Assembly: GCA_043747615.1 (NCBI GenBank)
Contig: JAYTOU010000029.1
Location: 1-64,000 of the forward strand
Source of the DNA: Myxococcales bacterium
GTDB lineage: Bacteria > Myxococcota_A > Polyangia > Polyangiales > Polyangiaceae
DNA: 64,000 nucleotides
Direction: 5' to 3'
Shown here: positions 47,658 to 57,093 of the stretch, piece after piece
How the letters are laid out: each line of letters opens with the position of its first letter
Numbering within the stretch: the stretch's first letter is position 1
Program-made: the position numbers and the translations under genes
The notes under the pieces: generated by a model
Seen by the model: only the letters and a program-made list of their open reading frames with translations
Databases searched by the model: none
Told to the model about the DNA's origin: nothing

Positions 47658-48842
47658 ATGACCCAGAGCTCGAATCCCGCGCAGAACCGTTCACCCGATG
47701 CAGCCGGTCCCGGCCCTGGCGGTGGTGGTGGTGCCGGCATCAGCCTCACCGGCGGTGCGGCTATCCTCGCGCCGGTCACCGCGTTCCCGAACGGCGTTCC
47801 CAGCAACGCGCTCATCTTGATCCCGCTCGGTCCTAACGGTGCGCCACTCGAGAAGCAGATCATCAACGGCCCCGTCGCGCTCACGCAGGACGAAGTATGG
47901 AAGCTCCTCGGCTTCAACGGTCCTGCAGTGCAAGTCCAAGACGATCAGGGGCGGCCGATCGCGATCGGCCTAGAGGACCTCCTCGCCGGTCTCGAGAAAC
48001 ATTGGAACGAGGGGGGCGAGGATCTCACCCGCGGACGGATTTTTGCGCAAGAGCTCATCAAGCACGGACGGCACGCAAAGGCCGAGACGGTCCTCGCCAA
48101 AGTCGTCGCGCTTGGCGGTGACGGCGAGGATTGGCTCGCGCTCGGCGTGACGCAGCTCCAGCAGGGCAAGCTCGACAAGGCGGAGCCCACCCTCAAGGGA
48201 GCTCAGAATTTGCTCAAGGACAGCCCATTTCCTGCGCTCCACCTGGCGAAGCTCGCGCACGAGAAGAAGGACCCGAAGGCCGAGCGAGAGAGCGTGGAGC
48301 GCGCCATTCAGATCGATTCGAACTCCGTCGACGCATGGGCGTACCTCACGAATTTCCTTCGCGATGCCGAAGGCGGAGACGCCGGCGAAGACAAGGCAAT
48401 CGCTCAAGTCGAAGAGCTCGCCGCCGCGCCGGTGAACGCGAAATCTGCCGCGCCGTACATTGCGCTTCAGGGGTTTTTCGCGTCGGACGAGAAGACGCGC
48501 GACAAGGCCATCGGCTTTGCCAAGAAGGCTCAGGCGAGGGCACCCCAGGATCCGCTCGCGCTCCTCTGTCTCTCCGCGCTCTACGGTCAGTCGGGGAAGC
48601 TCGACGAGGTGATCAAGACACTCGCCCCGCACGAAGCGATGATGCTCAAAGACGTGCGGCTCGCGCACAACTACTTCGAAGCTCTCTTCCAGTCGAAGGA
48701 CATGCCGAAGATCACGGCGCTGCTCAACAAGCTCGCAACGTCGCCCAACCGCGAGGTCAAGCAGTTTGCGATCGAGCGATCAAGGGCTATCTCCCAGATG
48801 CTGCAGCAGCAACAAGCCGCGCTCGCAGGCGCAGCCAAGTAG
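47658..48842 (+). CDS. Tetratricopeptide repeat protein
   Basis: Multiple TPR-like units (WLALGVTQLQQG, AWAYL, LSALYGQSG). Confidence 0.85.
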   Translation: MTQSSNPAQNRSPDAAGPGPGGGGGAGISLTGGAAILAPVTAFPNGVPSNALILIPLGPNGAPLEKQIINGPVALTQDEVWKLLGFNGPAVQVQDDQGRPIAIGLEDLLAGLEKHWNEGGEDLTRGRIFAQELIKHGRHAKAETVLAKVVALGGDGEDWLALGVTQLQQGKLDKAEPTLKGAQNLLKDSPFPALHLAKLAHEKKDPKAERESVERAIQIDSNSVDAWAYLTNFLRDAEGGDAGEDKAIAQVEELAAAPVNAKSAAPYIALQGFFASDEKTRDKAIGFAKKAQARAPQDPLALLCLSALYGQSGKLDEVIKTLAPHEAMMLKDVRLAHNYFEALFQSKDMPKITALLNKLATSPNREVKQFAIERSRAISQMLQQQQAALAGAAK

Positions 48843-48871
48843 CGCCGCTCGCGAACTAGCCAGCGTCTGAA

Positions 48872-50284
48872 ATGAGACGACTCTTCTTTTTCGTTCTGGC
48901 GATGGCCGGATGCGACAAGGCGACGCCGGCGTCTACGTCCGCGCCTTCGGCGAGCACTTCGCCTTCCATCGTGGCCAGTGCGCGCGCTCCCGTGGCGGCA
49001 ACGGCTGCGGACGCGTCGGCCGCGAATCAAGAGCGCCTCTCCTTCGTTGGCACGCTCGGCTCTCTCACCGACACGCGGATCGGCGTGGACCGACGCGGCA
49101 ACGCGCTGACGATGACGATGAGCACGGCAAGCGGTCAGCGCTCTTTTCGCGGTGCGATGAAGGACGGCACGCACTTCACGGTCACCGAAATGGTGAAGGG
49201 CCATGCGCCGTCCATCTTTGAAGGCGAGCTGACCGACGCTCGCCTCACGGGGCAATCAAAGGAACCGGGCGCCAAGCCAGCGCTCGCTTTCTCGGGCGTG
49301 CCCGTCACCATCTTCGCCTCCGAGCCCACGTTCGACGAAAGCTATGTGGGATCGCTCGGTGGCAAGATCCGCATTCGCATGAAGCTCACGCGTGACGGCG
49401 ATAAGCTCACCGGGATCTACCGTTACGCGCGCAGCAAAGAGGATCTCCGCCTCACCGGTACCGTGAGCCCGGATGGCCGCTTCGAGCTTCAGGAGTCGGA
49501 CGCAAAAGGCCACATTTCAGGCAAATTCAAGGGCATTTTCATTCGCCGCTCCGAGGCCACGGGCGACTGGTCTTCCGCCGATGGCAAGCGCTCCTTGGCC
49601 GTCAACTTGGAGCGGGGTGACGGTTACCCCGAGACGATCACGCTCGAGTACGGGGGACGCCTCGCTCCCGAAGAGGATCATCGAACGGCACCGAACTGCG
49701 TGGCGGAATCGATCATTCCCCAAGCGGTGGGCCTCACGTCGAAGACCGCGCAGAGCGCGTTGAACCCGACGTTGCGCGAGCTCGGTGGAGGGGTGGCCTC
49801 GAAGGCGATGCCCTGCGACGGGGCAACTGCAGAACTTCCGTGGTCCACGGAGTCGGGCTACGCGGTGAGCGCGCAGCGCGGCCGCTACGTTGGCATCTCG
49901 TTCTCGACGAGCGGCTTTGCGGGAGGTGCGCACGGATTCGGTTCGTCGATCTGCCGCGTGATCGATCTAGAGACGGGCAAAGCGATCGCTCTGTCGCCGC
50001 TCCTCAGCGCGGACGGACGCAGCAAGCTCAACAAGCTCGTCACCGAGAAGATCAAGAAAGAGCAGAACCTCAAAATACTCACCGAAGGCGGTTTTTTCGA
50101 GGACGAAGCGAAGGTCTCGCCCGATACGAACGTCTGCTTCGCCAAGGGTGGCGGCGCCGACGTCGTCTTCAACGATTACGAGATTTCGCCGCACGTCGTC
50201 GGTCCGCCGGAGGTGTATTTCACGAAGGAAGAAGTGCGAGCGCTCTTCACCAAGAACGAGCTGACGGACGCGCTCTTCAAATAA
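48872..50284 (+). CDS. Lipoprotein with two tandem beta domains and C-terminal RsiV/DUF3298-like domain
   Basis: Lipobox MAGC; GGAHG, IDLETGK and FNDYEISPH..G motifs. Confidence 0.8.
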   Translation: MRRLFFFVLAMAGCDKATPASTSAPSASTSPSIVASARAPVAATAADASAANQERLSFVGTLGSLTDTRIGVDRRGNALTMTMSTASGQRSFRGAMKDGTHFTVTEMVKGHAPSIFEGELTDARLTGQSKEPGAKPALAFSGVPVTIFASEPTFDESYVGSLGGKIRIRMKLTRDGDKLTGIYRYARSKEDLRLTGTVSPDGRFELQESDAKGHISGKFKGIFIRRSEATGDWSSADGKRSLAVNLERGDGYPETITLEYGGRLAPEEDHRTAPNCVAESIIPQAVGLTSKTAQSALNPTLRELGGGVASKAMPCDGATAELPWSTESGYAVSAQRGRYVGISFSTSGFAGGAHGFGSSICRVIDLETGKAIALSPLLSADGRSKLNKLVTEKIKKEQNLKILTEGGFFEDEAKVSPDTNVCFAKGGGADVVFNDYEISPHVVGPPEVYFTKEEVRALFTKNELTDALFK

Positions 50285-50431
50285 CCTCGCGCAAGGAGGC
50301 GACGATGCACACCAGGGTTCTTTTCGCCCGAGCAGCGCGCCATGCAAGCTTGGCAGTTTCGGCAAATCGTCCCCGAGCGCGCACGCGTGAAGCTCCAGAC
50401 CGCCTCCGCCACTTCCGGCTAGACTGACGGC

Positions 50432-50881
50432 ATGAGGCTCTCGGTTCTTCTGGCCAGCGCAGTCCTCGTCGTTGCCGGCGCGCGTACCCTCGGTGCATGC
50501 GACGACGAGACCTCGCATTTGCTCGTGGGGCGGCTCTTCGACCCGGCTCGCGCCTGCCTCGATCCCGAAGGCACCATCGCGCTCGTCGATGGCCCCGTCC
50601 CCGACAAAGCGTGCGCACCGACCTGCGTCGTGGGCCCCTCCGGGCAAAACGGCAACGGCTCGAATGTGTCCGTAACCACCATGTGCGGGCCGTACCCCGC
50701 GCTCGACGACACGAGCGGAGATCCTGCCGGTTGTAGCGACGCGCTCACCGCGCTCGATCGCGGAGACACGTGCCTCGTAGACGGTGGCTCGTCGTCCCCC
50801 GCGCTGAGCAATGACGATGCGGCCGATGGCAACGCGACCCAGGACGCCGGAAAAGACGCGCGAGCGGACGTAGCTGACTGA
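50432..50881 (+). CDS. Small Cys-rich lipoprotein
   Basis: Lipobox LGAC, several Cys, acidic DA-rich tail. Confidence 0.75.
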   Translation: MRLSVLLASAVLVVAGARTLGACDDETSHLLVGRLFDPARACLDPEGTIALVDGPVPDKACAPTCVVGPSGQNGNGSNVSVTTMCGPYPALDDTSGDPAGCSDALTALDRGDTCLVDGGSSSPALSNDDAADGNATQDAGKDARADVAD

Positions 50882-50882
50882 C

Positions 50883-51869
50883 TCAAGCCAAAGGCGCGCG
50901 CCTCCGCAGGAGAAGCAAGAAGAGCGGGCCGCCGATGAGCGCGGTGACCGCCCCCACGGGGGGCTCGGTGTGAAGAAAGCGAAAGAGCGTTCGGCTCACC
51001 ATGTCGCAGAGAACGAGCGTGGCGCCGCCGACCATGAAAGAAGCCGGGAGCCCAATCCGGACGTCGGGGCCAAAGATGCGGCGCAGCGCATGGGGCACGA
51101 TGAGCCCGATGAAACCAATGAGCCCAGTGATGCTCACGATCGCTCCGACCACCATGGAGCAGGCGAAGAACGTACGGCGCTCGAGCGCGCGAACATCGAT
51201 CCCCAAAGTTTCAGCGGGCTCGTGGCCGAGCGCGAGGAGGTTCAAGCGCCCAGCGTCGGAGAGGAGAACGGCGCCGCCCAGCGCGACGTAAATCGCCACG
51301 AAAATAAGGGACCCGGTTGAGGGCACGTCCAAGAATCCCATTAGCCAGAAGAGGAGCTCTTGAGCCTTCGTGGCGCTCACCAGCGTCTTCAAGAACGTGA
51401 TCCCCGCCGAGGCGATCGCGTTCACGACGACCCCCGCGAGCAAGATCGACGTACCGTTGAAGGCGCCTGTGGATCGCGCGAGGCCATAGACCACGGCCGT
51501 GGAAGCGAGCCCGCCCACGAGCGCCGCGAGAGGAACCGTGGCCGCGCCGAGGAGGGTCGCGCCACTGAGCCCGAAGAGGATTGCGATCGTGGCTCCGAGC
51601 GCGGCGCCACCGGAGACGCCGAGGACGTACGGCTCGGCGAGCGGATTACGTAGGATGGCCTGGAATGCGACTCCCACCGCCGCGAGCCCACCTCCGGCGA
51701 CGGCACCCAGGAAGACCCGCGGAAGCCGCGCATCGAGGACGATCATGCGGTCGAGCGAATTCGGCTCGAAGAGCACGCGCGTCATCGACACCGACTCGGT
51801 CCCGTACATCGTCGCCAGTACCACGGCGGCGACGAGAGTCATCGCTCCGAAGACGAGGGCGCGGATCAT
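50883..51869 (-). CDS. FecCD/BtuC-family ABC transporter permease
   Basis: RLPR, LRNPLAEP..GVSGGA, GLIGFIGLIVPH and PVGAVTALIGGP motifs. Confidence 0.95.
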   Translation of the reverse strand: MIRALVFGAMTLVAAVVLATMYGTESVSMTRVLFEPNSLDRMIVLDARLPRVFLGAVAGGGLAAVGVAFQAILRNPLAEPYVLGVSGGAALGATIAILFGLSGATLLGAATVPLAALVGGLASTAVVYGLARSTGAFNGTSILLAGVVVNAIASAGITFLKTLVSATKAQELLFWLMGFLDVPSTGSLIFVAIYVALGGAVLLSDAGRLNLLALGHEPAETLGIDVRALERRTFFACSMVVGAIVSITGLIGFIGLIVPHALRRIFGPDVRIGLPASFMVGGATLVLCDMVSRTLFRFLHTEPPVGAVTALIGGPLFLLLLRRRAPLA

Positions 51870-51945
51870 CGGTGACCTTTGACGACGACCATCAGGTTCG
51901 CTTTCATCGCACGAAAGCGGCAGGAAAGAGAGTAAGACTCACCGC

Positions 51946-52455
51946 ATGTACTACGAGATGTTTTGCCAGATGAAGAAGATGCTCCGACAGATGGACACGT
52001 GGCTCGAGCTGGCAGCAGTGCACGCGCAAAAGAAGGGTTTCGATCCGAACCTCTTTCTGGGTTTTCGTCTCGCGCCGGACCAGTTCGCATTCGCCCGCCA
52101 GGTGCAGGTCGCGTGCGACACCGCAAAGGCCGCCGCGGGCCGCCTCACCGGGACGGAGCCTCCCAAGCACGCCGATACCGAGCAGACCATCGACGAGCTC
52201 CGCGCTCGGGTCGCCAGCGTGGTCACGTTCCTCGATGGATTTTCCGCGAAGGATTTCGAGGGCGCTGCGAAACGCGTCGTCACCCAGCCGCGCTGGGAAG
52301 GCAAAGTGATGAGCGGCGCCGACTATTTCATGGAGCACGCCGTTCCCAACTTTTTCTTCCACGCCGCGCACGCGTTCGCGATCCTCCGCCACAACGGCGT
52401 CGAGATCGGCAAGCGCAATTATCTGGGCCCGCTCACCCAGACCACTCCCCAATAG
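51946..52455 (+). CDS. DUF1993 family protein
   Basis: RLAPDQF..QVQ and PNFFFH..AILRHNGVEIGK motifs. Confidence 0.92.
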   Translation: MYYEMFCQMKKMLRQMDTWLELAAVHAQKKGFDPNLFLGFRLAPDQFAFARQVQVACDTAKAAAGRLTGTEPPKHADTEQTIDELRARVASVVTFLDGFSAKDFEGAAKRVVTQPRWEGKVMSGADYFMEHAVPNFFFHAAHAFAILRHNGVEIGKRNYLGPLTQTTPQ

Positions 52456-52463
52456 CGCGGGCC

Positions 52464-53228
52464 TCAGGCGTTTCGGTCGTGGAGGATTTGCAAGCCCGTC
52501 AGGGTGAGCGTGTCGTCCACCTCCCGGATCGTCCGCGACAGCGGAGCAATGAGCGAAGCGAGCCCGCCCGTTGCGATGACGTCGCAGTTGTACCCGAGCT
52601 CGTCGCGTAGTCGGTCGACGAGACCGTCGACGAGACCCACGTAGCCGTAGACGATCCCCGATTGCATCGAGTGAAGCGTGTTCTTTCCGACCACCTTCGG
52701 CGGAAGCGCGATCTCGACCCGCGGGAGCTTCGCTGCCCTGGAAAAAAGGGCATCTGCGCTGATCTGGATGCCCGGCGCGATCACCCCTCCGAGGTACTCG
52801 CCCTTGGGGGTCACGCAGTCGAACGTGGTGGCCGTTCCGAAGTCGACGACGATGACTCCGCTCTTCACCTTCTCGAAAGCGGCGACGGCGTTGACGATCC
52901 GATCGGCCCCCACCTCGCGCGGGTTCTCGTAGAGAATCGCCATTCCAGTCTTGATGCCGGGGCCGACGATCTTCGCCTCGTGTCCGAACGCGCGGCGGAC
53001 GAGCTGGGTCATCGGATCGGTGAGCGAGGGGACCACGCTCGCGATGATCGACGCCGTCACGTCTCCCGGCGCTATGTCGTGCATCATCAAGAGCTGGCGT
53101 AGGGTGACCGCGTATTCGTCCGCCGTGCGCCCACGCCCGCTCTCCACGCGGAACTGGTGGATGAGCGTGTGGCCGTCGAAGAGGCCGTACACGATGTTCG
53201 TATTTCCAACGTCGACCACCAAAAGCAT
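52464..53228 (-). CDS. coaX: Type III pantothenate kinase
   Basis: DVGNTN, VGADR, VDFGTATT and GGVIAPG motifs. Confidence 0.96.
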   Translation of the reverse strand: MLLVVDVGNTNIVYGLFDGHTLIHQFRVESGRGRTADEYAVTLRQLLMMHDIAPGDVTASIIASVVPSLTDPMTQLVRRAFGHEAKIVGPGIKTGMAILYENPREVGADRIVNAVAAFEKVKSGVIVVDFGTATTFDCVTPKGEYLGGVIAPGIQISADALFSRAAKLPRVEIALPPKVVGKNTLHSMQSGIVYGYVGLVDGLVDRLRDELGYNCDVIATGGLASLIAPLSRTIREVDDTLTLTGLQILHDRNA

Positions 53229-53230
53229 GC

Positions 53231-55447
53231 TCACTTCTCCTCTTCGACCTTCACGTCTTGGATGACGTCTCCTTCGGCGACCGCGGCCCAATCACCTTCG
53301 GCATGACCCACGCGAGCGTACTCGCCGTCGAGATGCGGGGTGCGCGAGAGGGTCACGAAGATTTGGCTCGAGCCTGTGTCGCGTCCGGCGAGAGCGACGC
53401 CAACGTCGAGCGCCTCGAAGGGCACGGGGGACGTCTCGCAGCGAAGGAGACGACCCGCGCCGCCGTAGCCATCGCCGTCCGGATCGCCGAACTGCACCAC
53501 GAAACCGGGAACGACGCGGTGAACCACGATCCCCCTGAAAAAACCGGCTTTGGCGAGGGCAACAAACCGTGTGGCTGCGACGGGCGCGAGCTCGGGATCA
53601 AATCGAATGGAGAGCGCACCGGCGTCGGTGAGGAACGAGAGCTTGGCCGCGCGGGCGAGCGGCGCGGCGAGCTCCGGAGCCGGTTCGATGGCGCCTTCGG
53701 GGGCGGCGCAGACGACGTTGCTCTCGGAGATCGCGGCAAGTGATTTCTGCGCGTGCTGTCGCATCGTCACGTTCGTGTCGTGGCAAGCGACGGTGGCCAG
53801 TCCGCGCGCGCTCTTCATGTCGAGGGCAAGCGCCGCTTCGATCAGCGCGAAGCGCGTCTCCACGAGATCGTCGCTCCACTTCGTCTCGAGGGCTTGGGTA
53901 AGTGCGTGGGTGATCGCTGGGTCGACCTCACGTGCCGCGGCTCCCACGGGCGGAGGGCTCGACGGATCGAGGGCAGCACGCCGTTCCTTTTCGGCGATGA
54001 CGGAGGCGCGCTCGGGATGCTTCTTGATCACCTCCGCCGCAGTGGCGACGTAGCCTGCCTTCTTACTTTCCAGCGCCTCGACGAGAGCTGCTCGTGCTGC
54101 CTCTCCCAGCTCGGGGTGCGCGCCGATCGCCTCCACCGCCGCTTCACGCACGCGGATGTGCGCGCTCTTAGTGAGCAGAATCCAGGCCTTCTTTCGCTCT
54201 CCGGTAAGAGGTCGGCGGGTGAGGGCAGAGAGCCGCGCGGTCTCGAAGGCTGCGGTGCCGGGCGTGTCGCACTTGGAGAGGAGCGCCGAGTCGTAGGCCC
54301 CTTTAGCGAGTGCGCTCGCGGCGCCGCAGCGAAGCTCCCCGAGCCGTCGGGCGAGAGTCGCGGGGACGGCGCCTGGAGCGGCGAGCGCGGCTAGGGCGTA
54401 AAGCGCAGGCTCCGCGGAGGCCGGAGGCTCCGTTCCCATTGCTCCGACGAGCATCGCCAGAATTCCGAAATCGTCTCCCGCCAAGCGCATCAGCGCGAAC
54501 GGGTCCTTGTCAGGTACGAGCAGCCCGAGCGCCTCTGCCGCGGCCGCGCGACCGGGCGAGACTTTTGGCTTTGCTCCGAGATCGTCGATCTGACCGAGGG
54601 CGCGCGCGGCCTCCGCACGCTCGGCGACGCTGAAGCTTGCCGTCTTCACCACGTTGGCGAGCGTAGCCGCAGCACCCGGTCCCGAGCGCGAAAGAGCACG
54701 CACCGCAAAGATCCGGGTCTCACCTTTGATCGCGAGTGACGCGCGTGCTGCCTCGATGACCCTCGGGAAAAATTCCTCGCTCACGTGCGGCATGCGACCG
54801 AACGCATAGAGCGCCGAGGAAATCGGAGCGTTTGCACCCGCGCTCGCCGCATCGAGAAGCGCGGTCACCGCCTCGCTCCCCACGCCCCCATGACGCGATC
54901 CGAGATCGCCGAGGGCATACGCTGCGCGCTCCGACCACGCCCCGCGCGCGCGAACCCACGCTGTGAGGATCTGCTCGGCTCCGGCGCCGCCGCATCTTCC
55001 AATGGCCCGGGCAATCGCGGTGCGCGGATCGATGACCGACGTTGGGCCTTCTTTCTCCGCGTCGAACGACACGCTACGGGCGACGAGGGCGCCGACGTGA
55101 GCGTCCTCTTTTCCTTTGCACGCCGCTCCGAGGCCATACGCTCCCCAGCCGATCGTCGCCGGATCTTCGTCCGACAAAGCGCGCATCAACCCGGGAATGC
55201 TGGCGTCGTCGGCGATGCGGGCGAGAGCGCGAGCGGCGCGGCGTCGCACGGTCACGTCGTGGCTCGAGGTCATCGCGTCGGTCACGTCTTTCGCTCTGCG
55301 CTGATCTTCGGCTCGGGCGATCGTGCTCACAACCGACGATGTGGGGCCGGTTGCGTCCGCACCGGCATCGGCGATCGTTTGATCGCGCGTGCACGCAAGC
55401 AGAGATGCGGAGGCGATCAGTAACATCACGAAGGGCCGCGCTCTCAC
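53231..55447 (-). CDS. Lipoprotein with HEAT repeats and C-terminal cyclophilin-type PPIase
   Basis: Lipobox LLAC; HEAT-like repeats; HRVVPGFVVQFGDP and GRDTGSSQIF motifs. Confidence 0.88.
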   Translation of the reverse strand: MRARPFVMLLIASASLLACTRDQTIADAGADATGPTSSVVSTIARAEDQRRAKDVTDAMTSSHDVTVRRRAARALARIADDASIPGLMRALSDEDPATIGWGAYGLGAACKGKEDAHVGALVARSVSFDAEKEGPTSVIDPRTAIARAIGRCGGAGAEQILTAWVRARGAWSERAAYALGDLGSRHGGVGSEAVTALLDAASAGANAPISSALYAFGRMPHVSEEFFPRVIEAARASLAIKGETRIFAVRALSRSGPGAAATLANVVKTASFSVAERAEAARALGQIDDLGAKPKVSPGRAAAAEALGLLVPDKDPFALMRLAGDDFGILAMLVGAMGTEPPASAEPALYALAALAAPGAVPATLARRLGELRCGAASALAKGAYDSALLSKCDTPGTAAFETARLSALTRRPLTGERKKAWILLTKSAHIRVREAAVEAIGAHPELGEAARAALVEALESKKAGYVATAAEVIKKHPERASVIAEKERRAALDPSSPPPVGAAAREVDPAITHALTQALETKWSDDLVETRFALIEAALALDMKSARGLATVACHDTNVTMRQHAQKSLAAISESNVVCAAPEGAIEPAPELAAPLARAAKLSFLTDAGALSIRFDPELAPVAATRFVALAKAGFFRGIVVHRVVPGFVVQFGDPDGDGYGGAGRLLRCETSPVPFEALDVGVALAGRDTGSSQIFVTLSRTPHLDGEYARVGHAEGDWAAVAEGDVIQDVKVEEEK

Positions 55448-55962
55448 GGAACGACCTCGTCGATGCGCATGGCGACCCGCTCACGCGCAGCCCGGTAATG
55501 ACGCCAGAAATAACCGGGATCGGGGCCACGCACGCCCACCGGGAGTACGTCGAAACCGGCGCTCGTGAAAAGGGCCATCGCGCGGGGGATGTGCCAGTCG
55601 CACGTGACGAGCGCAATCTCATGAAGCCCCGTTCTATGGAGAATGCCGGCGGTGAAGCGGGCGTTGCCGCGGGTCGAGAGGGAGCACCGCTCGCGCACGA
55701 TTCTCCTTTCAGGGACTCCACGATCCGCCAAAACGTTGAAGAGAACATCCGCTTCGATTCGTCCGTCCCACGCCCGTCCGCCCGTTGCCACCACGACGAG
55801 ATCAGGATGTCGCGGCAAAAGCTCGAGGAAGAAGTCGGCCGTCGCCACCGCTCTGCGACGAAACGCCCCACCGTCTACCGAACAACCAAGGACGACGATC
55901 GCCTCCACCGACTGCGCAGAATAGCGCGCCGATCGGGCGGGAAAAAGGTGGGCTGGGATCAT
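55444..55962 (-). CDS. YdcF/DUF218 family protein
   Basis: AIVVLG, TGG..EA, STRGNA and LVTCDWHIPRA motifs; start at 55962 or 55908. Confidence 0.85.
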   Translation of the reverse strand: MIPAHLFPARSARYSAQSVEAIVVLGCSVDGGAFRRRAVATADFFLELLPRHPDLVVVATGGRAWDGRIEADVLFNVLADRGVPERRIVRERCSLSTRGNARFTAGILHRTGLHEIALVTCDWHIPRAMALFTSAGFDVLPVGVRGPDPGYFWRHYRAARERVAMRIDEVVP

Positions 55963-56050
55963 CTCGGATGGAAAAAGGAGCGCAGGACGAGGTAGTGTGG
56001 GAGGCCTTATCACGCCGCGTTCAGCGGGGGGGCTTGGAGCGCAAAAGACG

Positions 56051-56890
56051 ATGCGGATTACGTTCTGGGGAGTACGTGGAAGCATTCCGACGCCCGGCCC
56101 CGACACGGTGGAAATCGGCGGCAACACCAGCTGCGTCGAAGTCCGCGCCGGAAAGGCGCTTGTCATTTTCGACGGCGGCACGGGGCTGCGCATGCTCGGG
56201 CAAAAGCTCCTCAAAGAGGGGCCGCTCACTGCCCACATTTTCTTCAGCCACGTTCATTGGGATCACATCCAGGGCTTCCCCTTCTTCGCGCCTGCATTCT
56301 TGCCGGGCAACACCATCCATCTCTACGGCGGCAACAACGTCTCGCGCACCCTGGAAGAGACGCTCGCCGGCCAGATGGACTACCCGAGCTTCCCCGTTCA
56401 CCTGACGGAGCTCGGAGCGAAGATGACGTTCGCCGACCTCGTGGAGGGGCAAGTCCTTGAGCTCGACGCGGGCGAGGGGCAGAAGTTCAAGATCACGACG
56501 GGCCGGGGAAATCATCCCAACGGCGTGTGGGTCTACCGCTTCGAGTACAAGGGCAAGAGCGCGGTGTATGCGACCGACACAGAACACTACTCGGTCGTCG
56601 ATCCGAAGCTCGTCACGCTCGCGAAGGACGCGGACATCCTCATCTACGACTCACAGTACACGCCCGAAGAGTACGCAGGCTCGGGGGGTAAACCCGGCAA
56701 AGTCGGCTGGGGTCACAGCACGATCGACGAAGCAGCCAAGCTGGCGAACGCGGCGGGCGTGAAGAAGCTCGTCCTTTTTCATCACGACCCGCTGCAGAAC
56801 GACGCTGCCGTGCGCGAAAAAGAGCGTCGGACCAAAGAATGGTTCTCCAACACGGTGGCCGCCTACGAAGGGCTGACCCTCGAACCCTAG
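56051..56890 (+). CDS. MBL-fold metallo-hydrolase
   Basis: FWGVRGS, SHVHWDH, GWGHS and FHHDP motifs. Confidence 0.93.
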   Translation: MRITFWGVRGSIPTPGPDTVEIGGNTSCVEVRAGKALVIFDGGTGLRMLGQKLLKEGPLTAHIFFSHVHWDHIQGFPFFAPAFLPGNTIHLYGGNNVSRTLEETLAGQMDYPSFPVHLTELGAKMTFADLVEGQVLELDAGEGQKFKITTGRGNHPNGVWVYRFEYKGKSAVYATDTEHYSVVDPKLVTLAKDADILIYDSQYTPEEYAGSGGKPGKVGWGHSTIDEAAKLANAAGVKKLVLFHHDPLQNDAAVREKERRTKEWFSNTVAAYEGLTLEP

Positions 56891-57016
56891 CCGTAGTCAG
56901 CGCTCGATCGCGCAAAGCTTGCGCCGTCTGGGGCGCGATCGGTAACGCGTTGCGCGAATCGGCGGACGCGTCACAAAAATAGGCTTGTTTGTAAGGCTTT
57001 CTCGCGTGATGCACCG

Positions 57017-57032
57017 TGGCATTCCAGGTGCA
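57017..57032 (+). promoter_or_regulatory. Putative sigma-54 promoter of the sigma factor gene
   Basis: TGGCATTCCAGGTGCA fits GG-N10-GC, about 60 bp upstream of the ATG. Confidence 0.6.
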
Positions 57033-57093
57033 AAAGAAGCGAGGCGAAGGTCTCGCCCCACAGGGCTCCGAGACCGACACAAGCGAGGAAGCC

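Noticed and set aside
50419..50886. Minus-strand 155-aa ORF
   Set aside because: The plus-strand ORF has a signal peptide, lipobox and Cys pattern and is the better gene.
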